From the NCBI GenBank assembly GCA_035457005.1, contig DATICB010000020.1, positions 2,109 to 66,108 of the forward strand: a stretch of DNA of 64,000 nucleotides. Direction: 5' to 3'. A model generated the notes under the pieces. It worked only from the letters and a program-made list of their open reading frames with translations, ran no database searches and had not been told where the DNA came from. The number at the start of each line of letters is the position of its first letter. Positions within the stretch are counted from its first letter, which is position 1. Of the stretch, positions 42,196 through 51,188 are shown piece after piece. A program made the translations under genes and the position numbers. This DNA comes from Patescibacteria group bacterium (GTDB lineage Bacteria > Patescibacteriota > Microgenomatia > Levybacterales > UBA12049).

Positions 42196-42747
42196 ATGAT
42201 TAACCTGTCCAAACTTTTCAAAAGTTTTCATTCGTCACCTATCTCCCTTCAATCGGGCTTTACCCTTATCGAACTTCTTGTTGTTATTGGTATTTTAGGT
42301 GTTTTGGCAGCAGCACTGGTCGCAACGATTGATCCTTTCGAGCAGCTTAAAAAAGCAAATGACGCGAATGTCAAAAATACTGCAGTTGAATTTATTGATG
42401 CAAATATTCGCTACTACACGACGCATAGTCACATGCCATGGGCACCAGGTGGATGCAATGCAGGCAACGACCCATCGAGTCTTTCGTTGTACCCAGACCT
42501 TACAACGTGTATGAGTAGTTTGGTAGCAGATGGCGAGGTCAAGACTGCCTTCACGACTGTCACTGGAGTGCTCAGTTCGATCATTATTAATGGGACAGAT
42601 ACAGACATTACTGCTTGCTTCTTACCACAATCAAAAGCGCAAAGGTCTGATCCAAATACGAAATTTGACAGGAATGGCGTAGAAATTGCGAATCCATCTT
42701 CCACATGCGGACCAACATCGACTGCCTGCTACTGGTGTTCACAATAA
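42196..42747 (+). CDS. type IV pilin (candidate major pilin)
   Basis: class III signal ...SLQSG|FTLIELLVVIGILGVLAA with Glu+5; C-terminal Cys pair; first structural gene after pilC. Confidence 0.8.
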   Translation: MINLSKLFKSFHSSPISLQSGFTLIELLVVIGILGVLAAALVATIDPFEQLKKANDANVKNTAVEFIDANIRYYTTHSHMPWAPGGCNAGNDPSSLSLYPDLTTCMSSLVADGEVKTAFTTVTGVLSSIIINGTDTDITACFLPQSKAQRSDPNTKFDRNGVEIANPSSTCGPTSTACYWCSQ

Positions 42748-42756
42748 GCCCTTTTC

Positions 42757-44793
42757 ATGCTCTCGTTTTTTAAAAAAAACATCCTGCCCGTTATATTAGG
42801 TAGTGGTTTTTTGCTGCTATACATCTCACACCTTTCAGTAAGTGTCTATGGAGGAGATGTTGGCGACCTGGTTACTGCTGCAGCTGTTGGTGGCGTTGCT
42901 CATCCACCAGGTTATCCTCTCTTTACTTTTCTTGGGTTTTTGCTAACAAAGACTGCTGTTGCATCAATCTCTCCTGCTTTTGCAGTGGGATTGATTTCTG
43001 CATTTTCGGCAGCAGCTGGTGTTGTGGGATTTTATCTGCTCATGTTGCAGTTGACCAAAAGTAAATACGCATCACTAATTGCGTCATTAACCCTTGGTTT
43101 CTCTTTCCTCTATTGGTTTTATGCAGAAATTGCCGAAGTTTTTGCCCTTAACATTTTTTTGGCAATTTTGCTTTTTCTTTTTGCAATTGTCTATAAAAAT
43201 ACAAAAAAGAATATTTTTCTTTATGTCTTTGTTTTTTTCTTAGGGTTATCATGCACAAATCACCAAACCATTATCTTTGTTATTCCATCGACTCTTTTTA
43301 TTGTCGCCAAAACAGCATATAAAGAAGTGAAAAAACGACCGAAATCCATACTGTTTTGTTTTCTTTTGTTTTTATTTGGACTCACTCCATTTTTATATAT
43401 TCCTATTGCCTCTTCTTTCCATCCTATTATCAACTGGGACAGCGTGCATGATGTGTCAACATTTTTACATTTAATTCTTCGCAAAGACTATGGCACATTT
43501 CAGGCAGGAATTTTTGACACTCCAACCCTGTCGCAGCGCTTGGTAACAGTTGCTGTGTACCTGAAATCACTGGTGATTCAAAGTACTATCCCGGTTATTG
43601 TCTTAACGCTTTTTGGCTACTATAAACTTTATAGAAAAGATAAGACTATTTTTCTCTCACTTGCTGTTGCGTGGTTTTTGTCTGGGCCATTATTTCTTTT
43701 TTATGCAGGATTTCCTTTAACAAGTGAATTTATTATTGGCGCATATGAGCGTTTTACTCTGCTCTCGTCAATTATTTTTCTCATTCCTTTTGGCGTTGGT
43801 CTTTTGGAATTTTCAACATTATTGACAAAACTGTTACCAAAAAGAAATTATGAGAAAATTTTTCTTTCTGTTTTTCTTTTAATTCCTCTTATGCTTTTTT
43901 TCTATAATTTTCCCAAAACAAACCTCCGCTCAGTCTCTATCGGCGATACATATGCAAAAGATTTTTTACAAGTATTGCCAAAGAATTCGGTGTTGCTTAT
44001 TTCTGGAGACACGCAAATTTTTAATACGTGGTATATGTATTACGTATTGCATGTTCGTCCAGATATTCTCCTGTACAATATCGGCGCAACACCAGTAACA
44101 CAAAATGAAATCGCACAAAAACTGCAAGGAGTATCATCAAAAAATAGAACAGATACATTAATAAAAATTGTCGAAACTATGCAAAGGACAAGACCAATTT
44201 TTTCTACAACACGATTTCAATCAAAAAAAGGGGCAGCTATTACGTGGGTACCATATGGACTAACATACCAAATGTATTTATCTGGTGATAGTATTCCTGA
44301 TAAAAAAAATTATGAAAATACTTTAGATACGGTTTGGTCGCACATGCACGTACCGCCTTCCCAAGATATGGAAAATCCTGCTAATCATAGCTTAACAATA
44401 GTTGGTATTCCTACTGATTACAGTAATGCACTTATTGCTGCTGGAACTTTTGTTTACTCACAATACAAAGATATACAGAAAACCATTTTGCTCTACAAAC
44501 AGGCCGTTGCTGCCTCGCCATCAAACGGAAAAGCCTACAGTGCGCTGGGTGTTGTATATACAGGAATACCGGGCATGTGCAATGAAGCAGTTGCAAATTT
44601 TTCTCAATCTTTGGCAATTGATGCGTATCAAGAGCTACCTTACTTTCTTTTATACAATGAATATATTGCTTGTTTCAAAGATAATAAAAGAGCAGATGAA
44701 GTAAGTAAGGCGTACGAAGAATTATTTAAAAAAGATTTTCAAAAAGAAATAAAAAAATCACAGGATTCACTAAGCTCTATTTCGAATAATTAA
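42757..44793 (+). CDS. DUF2723/TMEM260-like GT-C membrane glycosyltransferase with C-terminal TPR repeats
   Basis: 678 aa; N-terminal signature YGGDVGDLVTAAAVGGVAHPPGYPLF matches the DUF2723 consensus GD.GEL....G.AHPPGYPL; about 11 TM helices; soluble C-terminal TPR-like region. Confidence 0.7.
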   Translation: MLSFFKKNILPVILGSGFLLLYISHLSVSVYGGDVGDLVTAAAVGGVAHPPGYPLFTFLGFLLTKTAVASISPAFAVGLISAFSAAAGVVGFYLLMLQLTKSKYASLIASLTLGFSFLYWFYAEIAEVFALNIFLAILLFLFAIVYKNTKKNIFLYVFVFFLGLSCTNHQTIIFVIPSTLFIVAKTAYKEVKKRPKSILFCFLLFLFGLTPFLYIPIASSFHPIINWDSVHDVSTFLHLILRKDYGTFQAGIFDTPTLSQRLVTVAVYLKSLVIQSTIPVIVLTLFGYYKLYRKDKTIFLSLAVAWFLSGPLFLFYAGFPLTSEFIIGAYERFTLLSSIIFLIPFGVGLLEFSTLLTKLLPKRNYEKIFLSVFLLIPLMLFFYNFPKTNLRSVSIGDTYAKDFLQVLPKNSVLLISGDTQIFNTWYMYYVLHVRPDILLYNIGATPVTQNEIAQKLQGVSSKNRTDTLIKIVETMQRTRPIFSTTRFQSKKGAAITWVPYGLTYQMYLSGDSIPDKKNYENTLDTVWSHMHVPPSQDMENPANHSLTIVGIPTDYSNALIAAGTFVYSQYKDIQKTILLYKQAVAASPSNGKAYSALGVVYTGIPGMCNEAVANFSQSLAIDAYQELPYFLLYNEYIACFKDNKRADEVSKAYEELFKKDFQKEIKKSQDSLSSISNN

Positions 44794-44796
44794 TTT

Positions 44797-45960
44797 ATGG
44801 AAAAAAGTACAAAAGAAATTCTTCTTCTTATTTTTTCTGTAAAAGTAAGTATCTTTCTTCTGATTTTTCTTGCATATTCATTATTGCCTTTTTCAACAAA
44901 ATTTTATTTTCCAAATTTTATATATCCGCCTAAGGCGTCAATTTCTCTGGCAACCGCCTACAAAACGTGGGATGCACAGCACTATCTTTTTCTGAGTGAA
45001 AAATGGTATCAAAAAAATGAGGATTCTGATGCATTCCCTCCTCTTTTTCCATTTACTATCTTTGTTGCAACTCTTATTACGCGAAGTAGCTTTATTTCAG
45101 GACTTTTACTTTCCAATATATTTTCTTTTATTGCTTTTTACCTTTTTTATGTATTTGTTAAAAAACAATACTCTGAAAAAATTGCTTATAGAAGTTTGTT
45201 ATTTCTTCTTGCCTTTCCCACTGCATTTTATTTTTCTCTTATCTATACAGAAAGTATTTTTCTCCTCATAGTTATAATTTTCTTTATGTATTTACAACAG
45301 AAAAAACTTTTTCTAGCTGCTGTTGCGGCATTTTTTTTACCAATGTCACGACTTATCGGAATAGCAATTAGCATTCCATTTTTATTTTCTTATATTTTGC
45401 ATTACCACGGCCATTCGGTATATGACGAACTTTCTTCTATTGGAAAATCATTACTGCAAAAAAAGAGTTTGCTACTTTTCTCCCCTTTTTTTGGACTTGG
45501 GATAGTCATGTGCATGTTTTACATTACAACAGGAAGCTTTTTTACACAGTTTAGCGCACAACAGAATTATATTTCACAATACTCTCTTTTCTCGATTTTT
45601 AATCCAATTTTTTTTCTCCGAGCACTCTTTGCTTTTCCATTAGCACTACATGGTTTTACCAATTCTCTTTTGGATAGATTATTTTTTGTCTTTTTTATCT
45701 TTATTCTCTTTTTTCTTTACAAAAGAGTTTCAAAAATACTTTTTATCTACACACTTTGTTTTGGAATTCTGCCTGTCTTGAGTGGAAGTTTTATGTCGTA
45801 CATGAGATATTTGGTTATTGTTTTCCCCATTTTTATTTGTCTTGCAAAACTCTCTTTAGAGGAAAAATATAGAAAATACACATTCCCTTTTTTATTTTTT
45901 TCAATTTTTTTACAAACATTATTTATCATTATGCATAGCTTAAATTATTGGGTTTCGTAA
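44797..45960 (+). CDS. GT-C mannosyltransferase-like membrane protein (PIG-V/GT76-like)
   Basis: 387 aa polytopic protein; first loop KTWDAQHYLFLSEKWYQK...AFPPLFPF resembles the PIG-V family motif WD..hYl.IA..GY...aFfPlyP. Confidence 0.5.
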   Translation: MEKSTKEILLLIFSVKVSIFLLIFLAYSLLPFSTKFYFPNFIYPPKASISLATAYKTWDAQHYLFLSEKWYQKNEDSDAFPPLFPFTIFVATLITRSSFISGLLLSNIFSFIAFYLFYVFVKKQYSEKIAYRSLLFLLAFPTAFYFSLIYTESIFLLIVIIFFMYLQQKKLFLAAVAAFFLPMSRLIGIAISIPFLFSYILHYHGHSVYDELSSIGKSLLQKKSLLLFSPFFGLGIVMCMFYITTGSFFTQFSAQQNYISQYSLFSIFNPIFFLRALFAFPLALHGFTNSLLDRLFFVFFIFILFFLYKRVSKILFIYTLCFGILPVLSGSFMSYMRYLVIVFPIFICLAKLSLEEKYRKYTFPFLFFSIFLQTLFIIMHSLNYWVS

Positions 45961-45961
45961 T

Positions 45962-46732
45962 ATGATATATTTTTTACTTTTTCTTTTCGGTGTCTGTTTT
46001 GGATCATTCCTTAATGTCCTCATCGATAGAATTCCTGCTGGAAAATCAGTACTCTTTGGGCGCTCACAGTGTGATTTTTGTAAAAAACAGTTGGGAATTT
46101 TTGACCTTATTCCAGTAATTTCTTATGTTTTCCTTTTAGGAAAATGCCGATATTGTAAGAAAAAACTTTCTTTGCAATACCCAATGATAGAGGTTTTAAC
46201 AGGTTTTTTATTCGTTTTTCTATTTTTCTTAGAAATGCCCATAACATTTATCCAGTTTCAACTCTTTTTAATAGACATCTTTTTAGTAAGCATGGGATTT
46301 GCGCTTACTATAATGGACATAAAATATCATCTTTTGTCAGATAAGCTTCTTGTTGTTTTTGGATTTTTTGCACTTTTACGAATAAGCATTCTGAGTCCTC
46401 AGGCACTCCCCTTTTCTTTTCTTGTGGGACTGCTTGCAACGTTGCCATTATTTCTTATTTTCTTTTTTTCAAAAGGAAAAGGAATGGGTTTTGGTGATGT
46501 TAAACTTATCGGAATTTTAGGTTTTTTACTTGGATTTCCCAATATTATTTTGTGTTATTACATCGCTTTCTTGACAGGCGCTGTAGCGGGCGTCATACTC
46601 ATTTTAGGAGGGAAAAAGAAATTGCATAACTCTGTTATTGCATTTGGACCGTTTCTTTTTCTTGGCGCCTTCATTACATACTTTTTTGAAAACACATTAT
46701 GGCAATACGCAAAAATCTTCTTAGGCTTTTAA
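45962..46732 (+). CDS. pilD: prepilin peptidase PilD (A24 family)
   Basis: tetracysteine CDFC...CRYC zinc motif, catalytic Asp regions (GFGDVKLIG). Confidence 0.9.
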   Translation: MIYFLLFLFGVCFGSFLNVLIDRIPAGKSVLFGRSQCDFCKKQLGIFDLIPVISYVFLLGKCRYCKKKLSLQYPMIEVLTGFLFVFLFFLEMPITFIQFQLFLIDIFLVSMGFALTIMDIKYHLLSDKLLVVFGFFALLRISILSPQALPFSFLVGLLATLPLFLIFFFSKGKGMGFGDVKLIGILGFLLGFPNIILCYYIAFLTGAVAGVILILGGKKKLHNSVIAFGPFLFLGAFITYFFENTLWQYAKIFLGF

Positions 46733-47478
46733 AAACTCTCAAGAGCAACAATGGATTTACCCTTATAGAACTGATTGTCGTCATTGCGATTTTGGGCATT
46801 CTTCTTATTAGCCTCATTACCACATTTAATCCATTGGCTCAGTACAACAAGGCAGCAGATGGAACAAGGGAACATGACTTGGGACAAATTCAACGGGCTC
46901 TGGATACGTATTTTAACGATACTGGTTGTTATCCAACAACATTAACATTTGGAAGCAAATGGTCTTCTGGTAGTCAGGTATACATGGAAAAAGTGCCACA
47001 GGATTTGAATTGTGCAAAGGATCCAAACAAATGTTATGTCTATGAAACAGATACGTCAACCAGTTGTCCACAATGGAATGTGCTCTATGCGTCACTGCAA
47101 AGTAGTGCTATCCCCTCGCAAGCATGTCCGCTCACGACCCGTTCGTTATGTGTCCCAAGTAATTTTAGTTCATCAAATTACAATTATTGCGTTACCTCCG
47201 GAGGTATCGATTGTGCTGTTATTGCAGGGTTTACTCTTCCATCAGCAACAGGAGGGAACAGCGGCGGAAGTGGTGGCAATGGCGGAGGGGGAAGCAGCGG
47301 TGGTAATAATGGCGGGGGCGGCAATGGTCCAATTACGTGTGCAAGTGGACAATACTATGGATGTACGGGAGATAACCGTTGTAACAGCATATCCCCATCT
47401 TCGCAATGTAGTCAAAATGGCGGTTCTGTTTTCTGTTATTGCGACAATCACTGTAATCAAAGTTGTCAATTCAATTAA
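46699..47478 (+). CDS. type IV pilin with Gly/Ser-rich linker and Cys-rich (10 Cys) C-terminal domain
   Basis: leader ...KSNNG|FTLIELIVVIAILGIL; low-complexity GGNSGGSGGNGGGGSSGGNNGGGGNG region. Confidence 0.8.
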   Translation: MAIRKNLLRLLKTLKSNNGFTLIELIVVIAILGILLISLITTFNPLAQYNKAADGTREHDLGQIQRALDTYFNDTGCYPTTLTFGSKWSSGSQVYMEKVPQDLNCAKDPNKCYVYETDTSTSCPQWNVLYASLQSSAIPSQACPLTTRSLCVPSNFSSSNYNYCVTSGGIDCAVIAGFTLPSATGGNSGGSGGNGGGGSSGGNNGGGGNGPITCASGQYYGCTGDNRCNSISPSSQCSQNGGSVFCYCDNHCNQSCQFN

Positions 47479-47480
47479 GC

Positions 47481-48050
47481 ATGAAATACACATATCAAAA
47501 TGGGTTTACCCTTATTGAGCTTATTGTCACGATTGGTATTTTGGCTGTGTTGGCTGTGTTGGCACTTGCGACACTTAATCCGTTGCAGCAATTTAGGAAA
47601 GCACGGGATGGCGAGAGAAAATCTGACTTGGCACAATTACAGCGGGTGCTTGAGCAGTATTATCAGGATCATGGCAGTTATCCCAAAAGCAGTGTGTCTA
47701 ATACTATCACTGATTTTAATGGCAACAGTGTTGTTTGGGGAGGGTCATCTGGGTGGGCTCCCTACATGAATCTTGTTCCAAAAGATCCTGACTCAAGTAG
47801 AACCTATGTCTATTATGCTGCAGGTACAACGCCACAATCATACAAGTTATTTAGCAGTCTCGAAGTTGGCCCCAATGATCCACAAACATGTAAGGCAGAT
47901 GTTGCAAATTGCCAGAATAATCCAACAAGTGTGCCGTACTGTACGTGTGGCGGAGTTCCTGCTGGAGTAGACTGTGGAGCAAATGGCGTGCATTACCCCT
48001 GCAATTATGGTGTTTCCAGTCCTAATACAACACCTGATAGCTCGCAATAA
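47481..48050 (+). CDS. type IV pilin
   Basis: short leader MKYTYQNG|FTLIELIVTIGILAVLAVLAL; Cys-containing C-terminus. Confidence 0.8.
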   Translation: MKYTYQNGFTLIELIVTIGILAVLAVLALATLNPLQQFRKARDGERKSDLAQLQRVLEQYYQDHGSYPKSSVSNTITDFNGNSVVWGGSSGWAPYMNLVPKDPDSSRTYVYYAAGTTPQSYKLFSSLEVGPNDPQTCKADVANCQNNPTSVPYCTCGGVPAGVDCGANGVHYPCNYGVSSPNTTPDSSQ

Positions 48051-48051
48051 G

Positions 48052-48564
48052 ATGTGGTACGATACGTATATGCACAAATATTTAGATAATTTTCAAAGAA
48101 AATTCTCACAACAATCAGGTTTTACTCTTATCGAGCTACTTATTGTTATTGCTATTATCGGAATTCTGTCAACACTTCTCATGACTAATTTTATTGGCGT
48201 TCGCCAGCGTGCCCGTGACGCACAGCGCAAATCAGATGTGCGTCAAATGCAGTCCGCATTGGAGTTATACAGATCAGATACAGGAAGTTATCCTGTTTCT
48301 GATTCGAATAATCGACTCAATGCAACAGCATGCACAACTTCATCGGGATTTACCAGTACCGATGGAGGGACAACGTATATGCAAAAAGTTCCCTGTGACC
48401 CATTAGGGACAAGTGCGTATCATTCAGGAAATTATTACTACAATAGTAGCGGTACGACATACACGATATATGCATGTTTGGAAAATACATCTGATTCGCA
48501 AGGCACTTCCCTATCTAATACCGGCTGTAGCACTGATTTCTTATACGTTGTAACGAATCCATGA
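48052..48564 (+). CDS. type IV pilin
   Basis: ...QQSG|FTLIELLIVIAIIGILSTLL; start immediately after upstream stop. Confidence 0.75.
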   Translation: MWYDTYMHKYLDNFQRKFSQQSGFTLIELLIVIAIIGILSTLLMTNFIGVRQRARDAQRKSDVRQMQSALELYRSDTGSYPVSDSNNRLNATACTTSSGFTSTDGGTTYMQKVPCDPLGTSAYHSGNYYYNSSGTTYTIYACLENTSDSQGTSLSNTGCSTDFLYVVTNP

Positions 48565-49163
48565 CCAGCACCGCGTCTTCCAGACAGTCAGGTTTTACCC
48601 CGATTGAATCTGGGTTTACCCTTATTGAGCTAATTATTGTTTTTTCAGTCATTACCGTACTCTCTTCGCTTGGTGTTGCTTCGTTTGTTGCATACAGCAG
48701 GTCTCAGACTATTGATACTGCAATGAAAGATTTTAAAAGTGTGTTATTTACCGCCAGGTCAAGAGCTCTTTCTCAGCTTCGTGATAGCACATGTTTTTCA
48801 AGTGGGTTTGACGGACAAGGATATGAATTGGAAGGATACCAGGTGGTTGCATGCTGCTCATTTGGGCCACTGTGCTCGTCTGTTCAGTGCAACACTGTGT
48901 CAAATAGTTATGAATTGCAGGCAGTCTATGGGTATCCCGATGGATCGGGACGAGTTGCGCAAACATGTTTGAGTAAAAAATTTGCAGATCCCAATATTGG
49001 TGTCAGTAGCTCAAATAAAACAACAGCAACGTATTTTTTCTTTTCCTCAGTAACTGGTGCAGTGACGACCAATGCCTCATCTGGGCAGCTCCCACAGATT
49101 GAATTCAGTGGCTATGGTATTACGAAATTAGCAACTGTTTCTGCGACAGGAGTTGTGCAATGA
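48561..49163 (+). CDS. type IV pilin with duplicated N-terminal cleavage motif
   Basis: MTSTASSRQSGFTPIESGFTLIELIIVFSV...; ATGA overlap with upstream gene. Confidence 0.75.
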   Translation: MTSTASSRQSGFTPIESGFTLIELIIVFSVITVLSSLGVASFVAYSRSQTIDTAMKDFKSVLFTARSRALSQLRDSTCFSSGFDGQGYELEGYQVVACCSFGPLCSSVQCNTVSNSYELQAVYGYPDGSGRVAQTCLSKKFADPNIGVSSSNKTTATYFFFSSVTGAVTTNASSGQLPQIEFSGYGITKLATVSATGVVQ

Positions 49164-49705
49164 GACATTTTCTTACAAGCCAATCGGGACAAACACTGAT
49201 TGAAGTACTGGTCGCACTAACTGCGGGTGTTGTGATTATTGCTGCAATTGTCAGTGCGTCGCTCAACGCATTGACGAATAGTAATTTTGCGAGAGATCAG
49301 AATATCGCTGCGCAATATACGCAGTCTGGTATAGAAATTATCCGTGATATGAGAAATGAAAGTATTGCATCGCTGAGCGCATCGTATCTGTCTGACAACA
49401 CGTATTGTTTGGCAAAATCATGCAGTGCATTGGATAATCAAATCCCTTCGTGTTGGATAAAAAGCGGAAATTGTGGCCAAAATGTAGATAAATTTGTTCG
49501 CGAAGTTGTTGTTGCACATGATTCATCTGATTGTAACGCAAGTCCCACGCCAAATGGTCAGCAAGGATTTTTATCATCCAATGTCAAAGTAACAGTAACA
49601 ACATTTTGGTATGATTCACGTTGTACCGATTCGAGTAATGCATTTTGTCACTCAGTTACGCTGTCATCATGTTTTTCTGATTTTACTATTGCACCAACGC
49701 CATGA
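49160..49705 (+). CDS. minor pilin / pseudopilin-like
   Basis: ...SQSG|QTLIEVLVALTAGVVIIAAI; ATGA overlap. Confidence 0.65.
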   Translation: MRHFLTSQSGQTLIEVLVALTAGVVIIAAIVSASLNALTNSNFARDQNIAAQYTQSGIEIIRDMRNESIASLSASYLSDNTYCLAKSCSALDNQIPSCWIKSGNCGQNVDKFVREVVVAHDSSDCNASPTPNGQQGFLSSNVKVTVTTFWYDSRCTDSSNAFCHSVTLSSCFSDFTIAPTP

Positions 49706-50268
49706 AACAAATCTCAAATCTCAAATCACAAAACCCAAATCATAAATCCAAAATCATCAATCAAAGTGGATTTACGCTCATTGAAATGCTCGCGGTTATC
49801 ATTATCTTTATTGTTGTTGGAACAATTGCTGTCAGTATTCTTGTTACGTCATTTCGCACGTCTACCAAAACAGATGTCGTGACTGCGGTGCAAAATAATG
49901 GAAATTATGCATTGTCTCAAATGGCTAAAACAATACGCGATGCACGAGGACTCGTAACCCCTTTCCCCTGTTCTCCAACGGTTGTTGCAAATACCATTAG
50001 TATTACCACTCCTGACAATCAAGAAGTTACGTATGCATGTGGCAATTCGACAATTGCGTCAAATGGTGCAAGTTTGCTTGATACAACACAGGTTGCTGTG
50101 CAGGCATGTTCGTTTACCTGTAGTCAGGATAGTAAATCGGATTTGCCAGTTATTCTTATTGCCTTTTCGCTCTTGCAAAAATCATCGAGCAGTTTTGCCG
50201 AACAAAAGGCATCACAAAGCGCGGTATTCTTCCAAACCTCCATTGGTATTCGAAATATTAATAGATAA
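49702..50268 (+). CDS. minor pilin-like with long basic leader
   Basis: MKQISNLKSQNPNHKSKIINQSG|FTLIEMLAVIIIF; leader encoded by a degenerate 7-nt tandem repeat. Confidence 0.7.
   Translation: MKQISNLKSQNPNHKSKIINQSGFTLIEMLAVIIIFIVVGTIAVSILVTSFRTSTKTDVVTAVQNNGNYALSQMAKTIRDARGLVTPFPCSPTVVANTISITTPDNQEVTYACGNSTIASNGASLLDTTQVAVQACSFTCSQDSKSDLPVILIAFSLLQKSSSSFAEQKASQSAVFFQTSIGIRNINR
49708..49763 (+). repeat. degenerate heptanucleotide tandem repeat (about 8 units of CAAATCT)
   Basis: caaatct caaatct caaatca caaaacc caaatca taaatcc aaaatca tcaatca, within the 5' coding region of the 49702 pilin. Confidence 0.7.
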
Positions 50269-50306
50269 CGATTGACACCTGCGTATGCTCCTTATATGCT
50301 AGATAT

Positions 50307-51188
50307 ATGCGTACCAATTTCTCTGGGAAATTTTCCGTTGGTCAGTCAGGACAAGCGCTTCTTATTGTTGTGTTGGTCATGGTGATTGCGCTCACCGTTG
50401 GTCTCTCTCTTGCATCAAGAAGTATTACCACGCTTCGTAATTCCACTGATGAGGCAGCGTCTCAAGCGGCATTTTCTGCTGCAGAAGCAGGTGTTGAGCA
50501 AGCAGTAAAATTAGGAGATGTCAGCGGTGCATCGATTTTATCTGGTGTCTCATTGCATGATAAGAATAATTCGCAAATTAGTAGTGTTGATATCTCGCTT
50601 ATCGATGGAAGCCAATTTCTTTTGAATAATGGCAATCCAATTTTCCAGGACGATGGTACCGATATTTGGCTTTCTTCGCATACCGATGACCCCTCGCAAC
50701 TTTTCCAAACAGCATGGAATGGGACATTATTTGTTCATTGGGGAACAAATACCGATACATGTGCAGATCCTGCAATGGAAATTCTGGTTATTTCAGGGAC
50801 TCGGGTAAGTCCAACACTCGCACGATATACGTTTGATTCATGTGCAACAAGGCGAAGTGTGAATTCTTTTTGTGCTATTGCTGCAGGAGGCGCGTGTCCA
50901 AGTTCTGCAGCCGGAGGTTTTGTCGTTAATGGTATTAATGGCAGTCAAACATTTAATTACCGAGTACAACTCCCTATTACTAATGGACTTCTTGCACGGG
51001 TTGTTCCTTTATATAAAGCTGGAAGCATTGGTATTAAAGGCGCAGGACTTCCAATACAAGGAAAAATTATTACCTCTACCGGAACAGCTGGTGTTACCAA
51101 CTCGCAAACAGTAAGAAAAGTAAGTTTTTTCCAAGGGTATGACAGTGTTCCGTCAGAATTTTTCTATTCTCTTTTTCAACCAAAATGA
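50307..51188 (+). CDS. PilX_N-domain minor pilin / pilus tip-associated protein
   Basis: GQALLIVVLVMVIALTVGLSLASRS...AFSAAEAGVEQA matches the PilX N-terminal domain pattern. Confidence 0.65.
   Translation: MRTNFSGKFSVGQSGQALLIVVLVMVIALTVGLSLASRSITTLRNSTDEAASQAAFSAAEAGVEQAVKLGDVSGASILSGVSLHDKNNSQISSVDISLIDGSQFLLNNGNPIFQDDGTDIWLSSHTDDPSQLFQTAWNGTLFVHWGTNTDTCADPAMEILVISGTRVSPTLARYTFDSCATRRSVNSFCAIAAGGACPSSAAGGFVVNGINGSQTFNYRVQLPITNGLLARVVPLYKAGSIGIKGAGLPIQGKIITSTGTAGVTNSQTVRKVSFFQGYDSVPSEFFYSLFQPK

Noticed and set aside
47260-47340. GGN-rich DNA resembling a simple-sequence repeat
   Set aside because: It encodes an in-frame Gly/Ser/Asn linker of the 46699 pilin. It is an imperfect repeat and is not treated as an independent element
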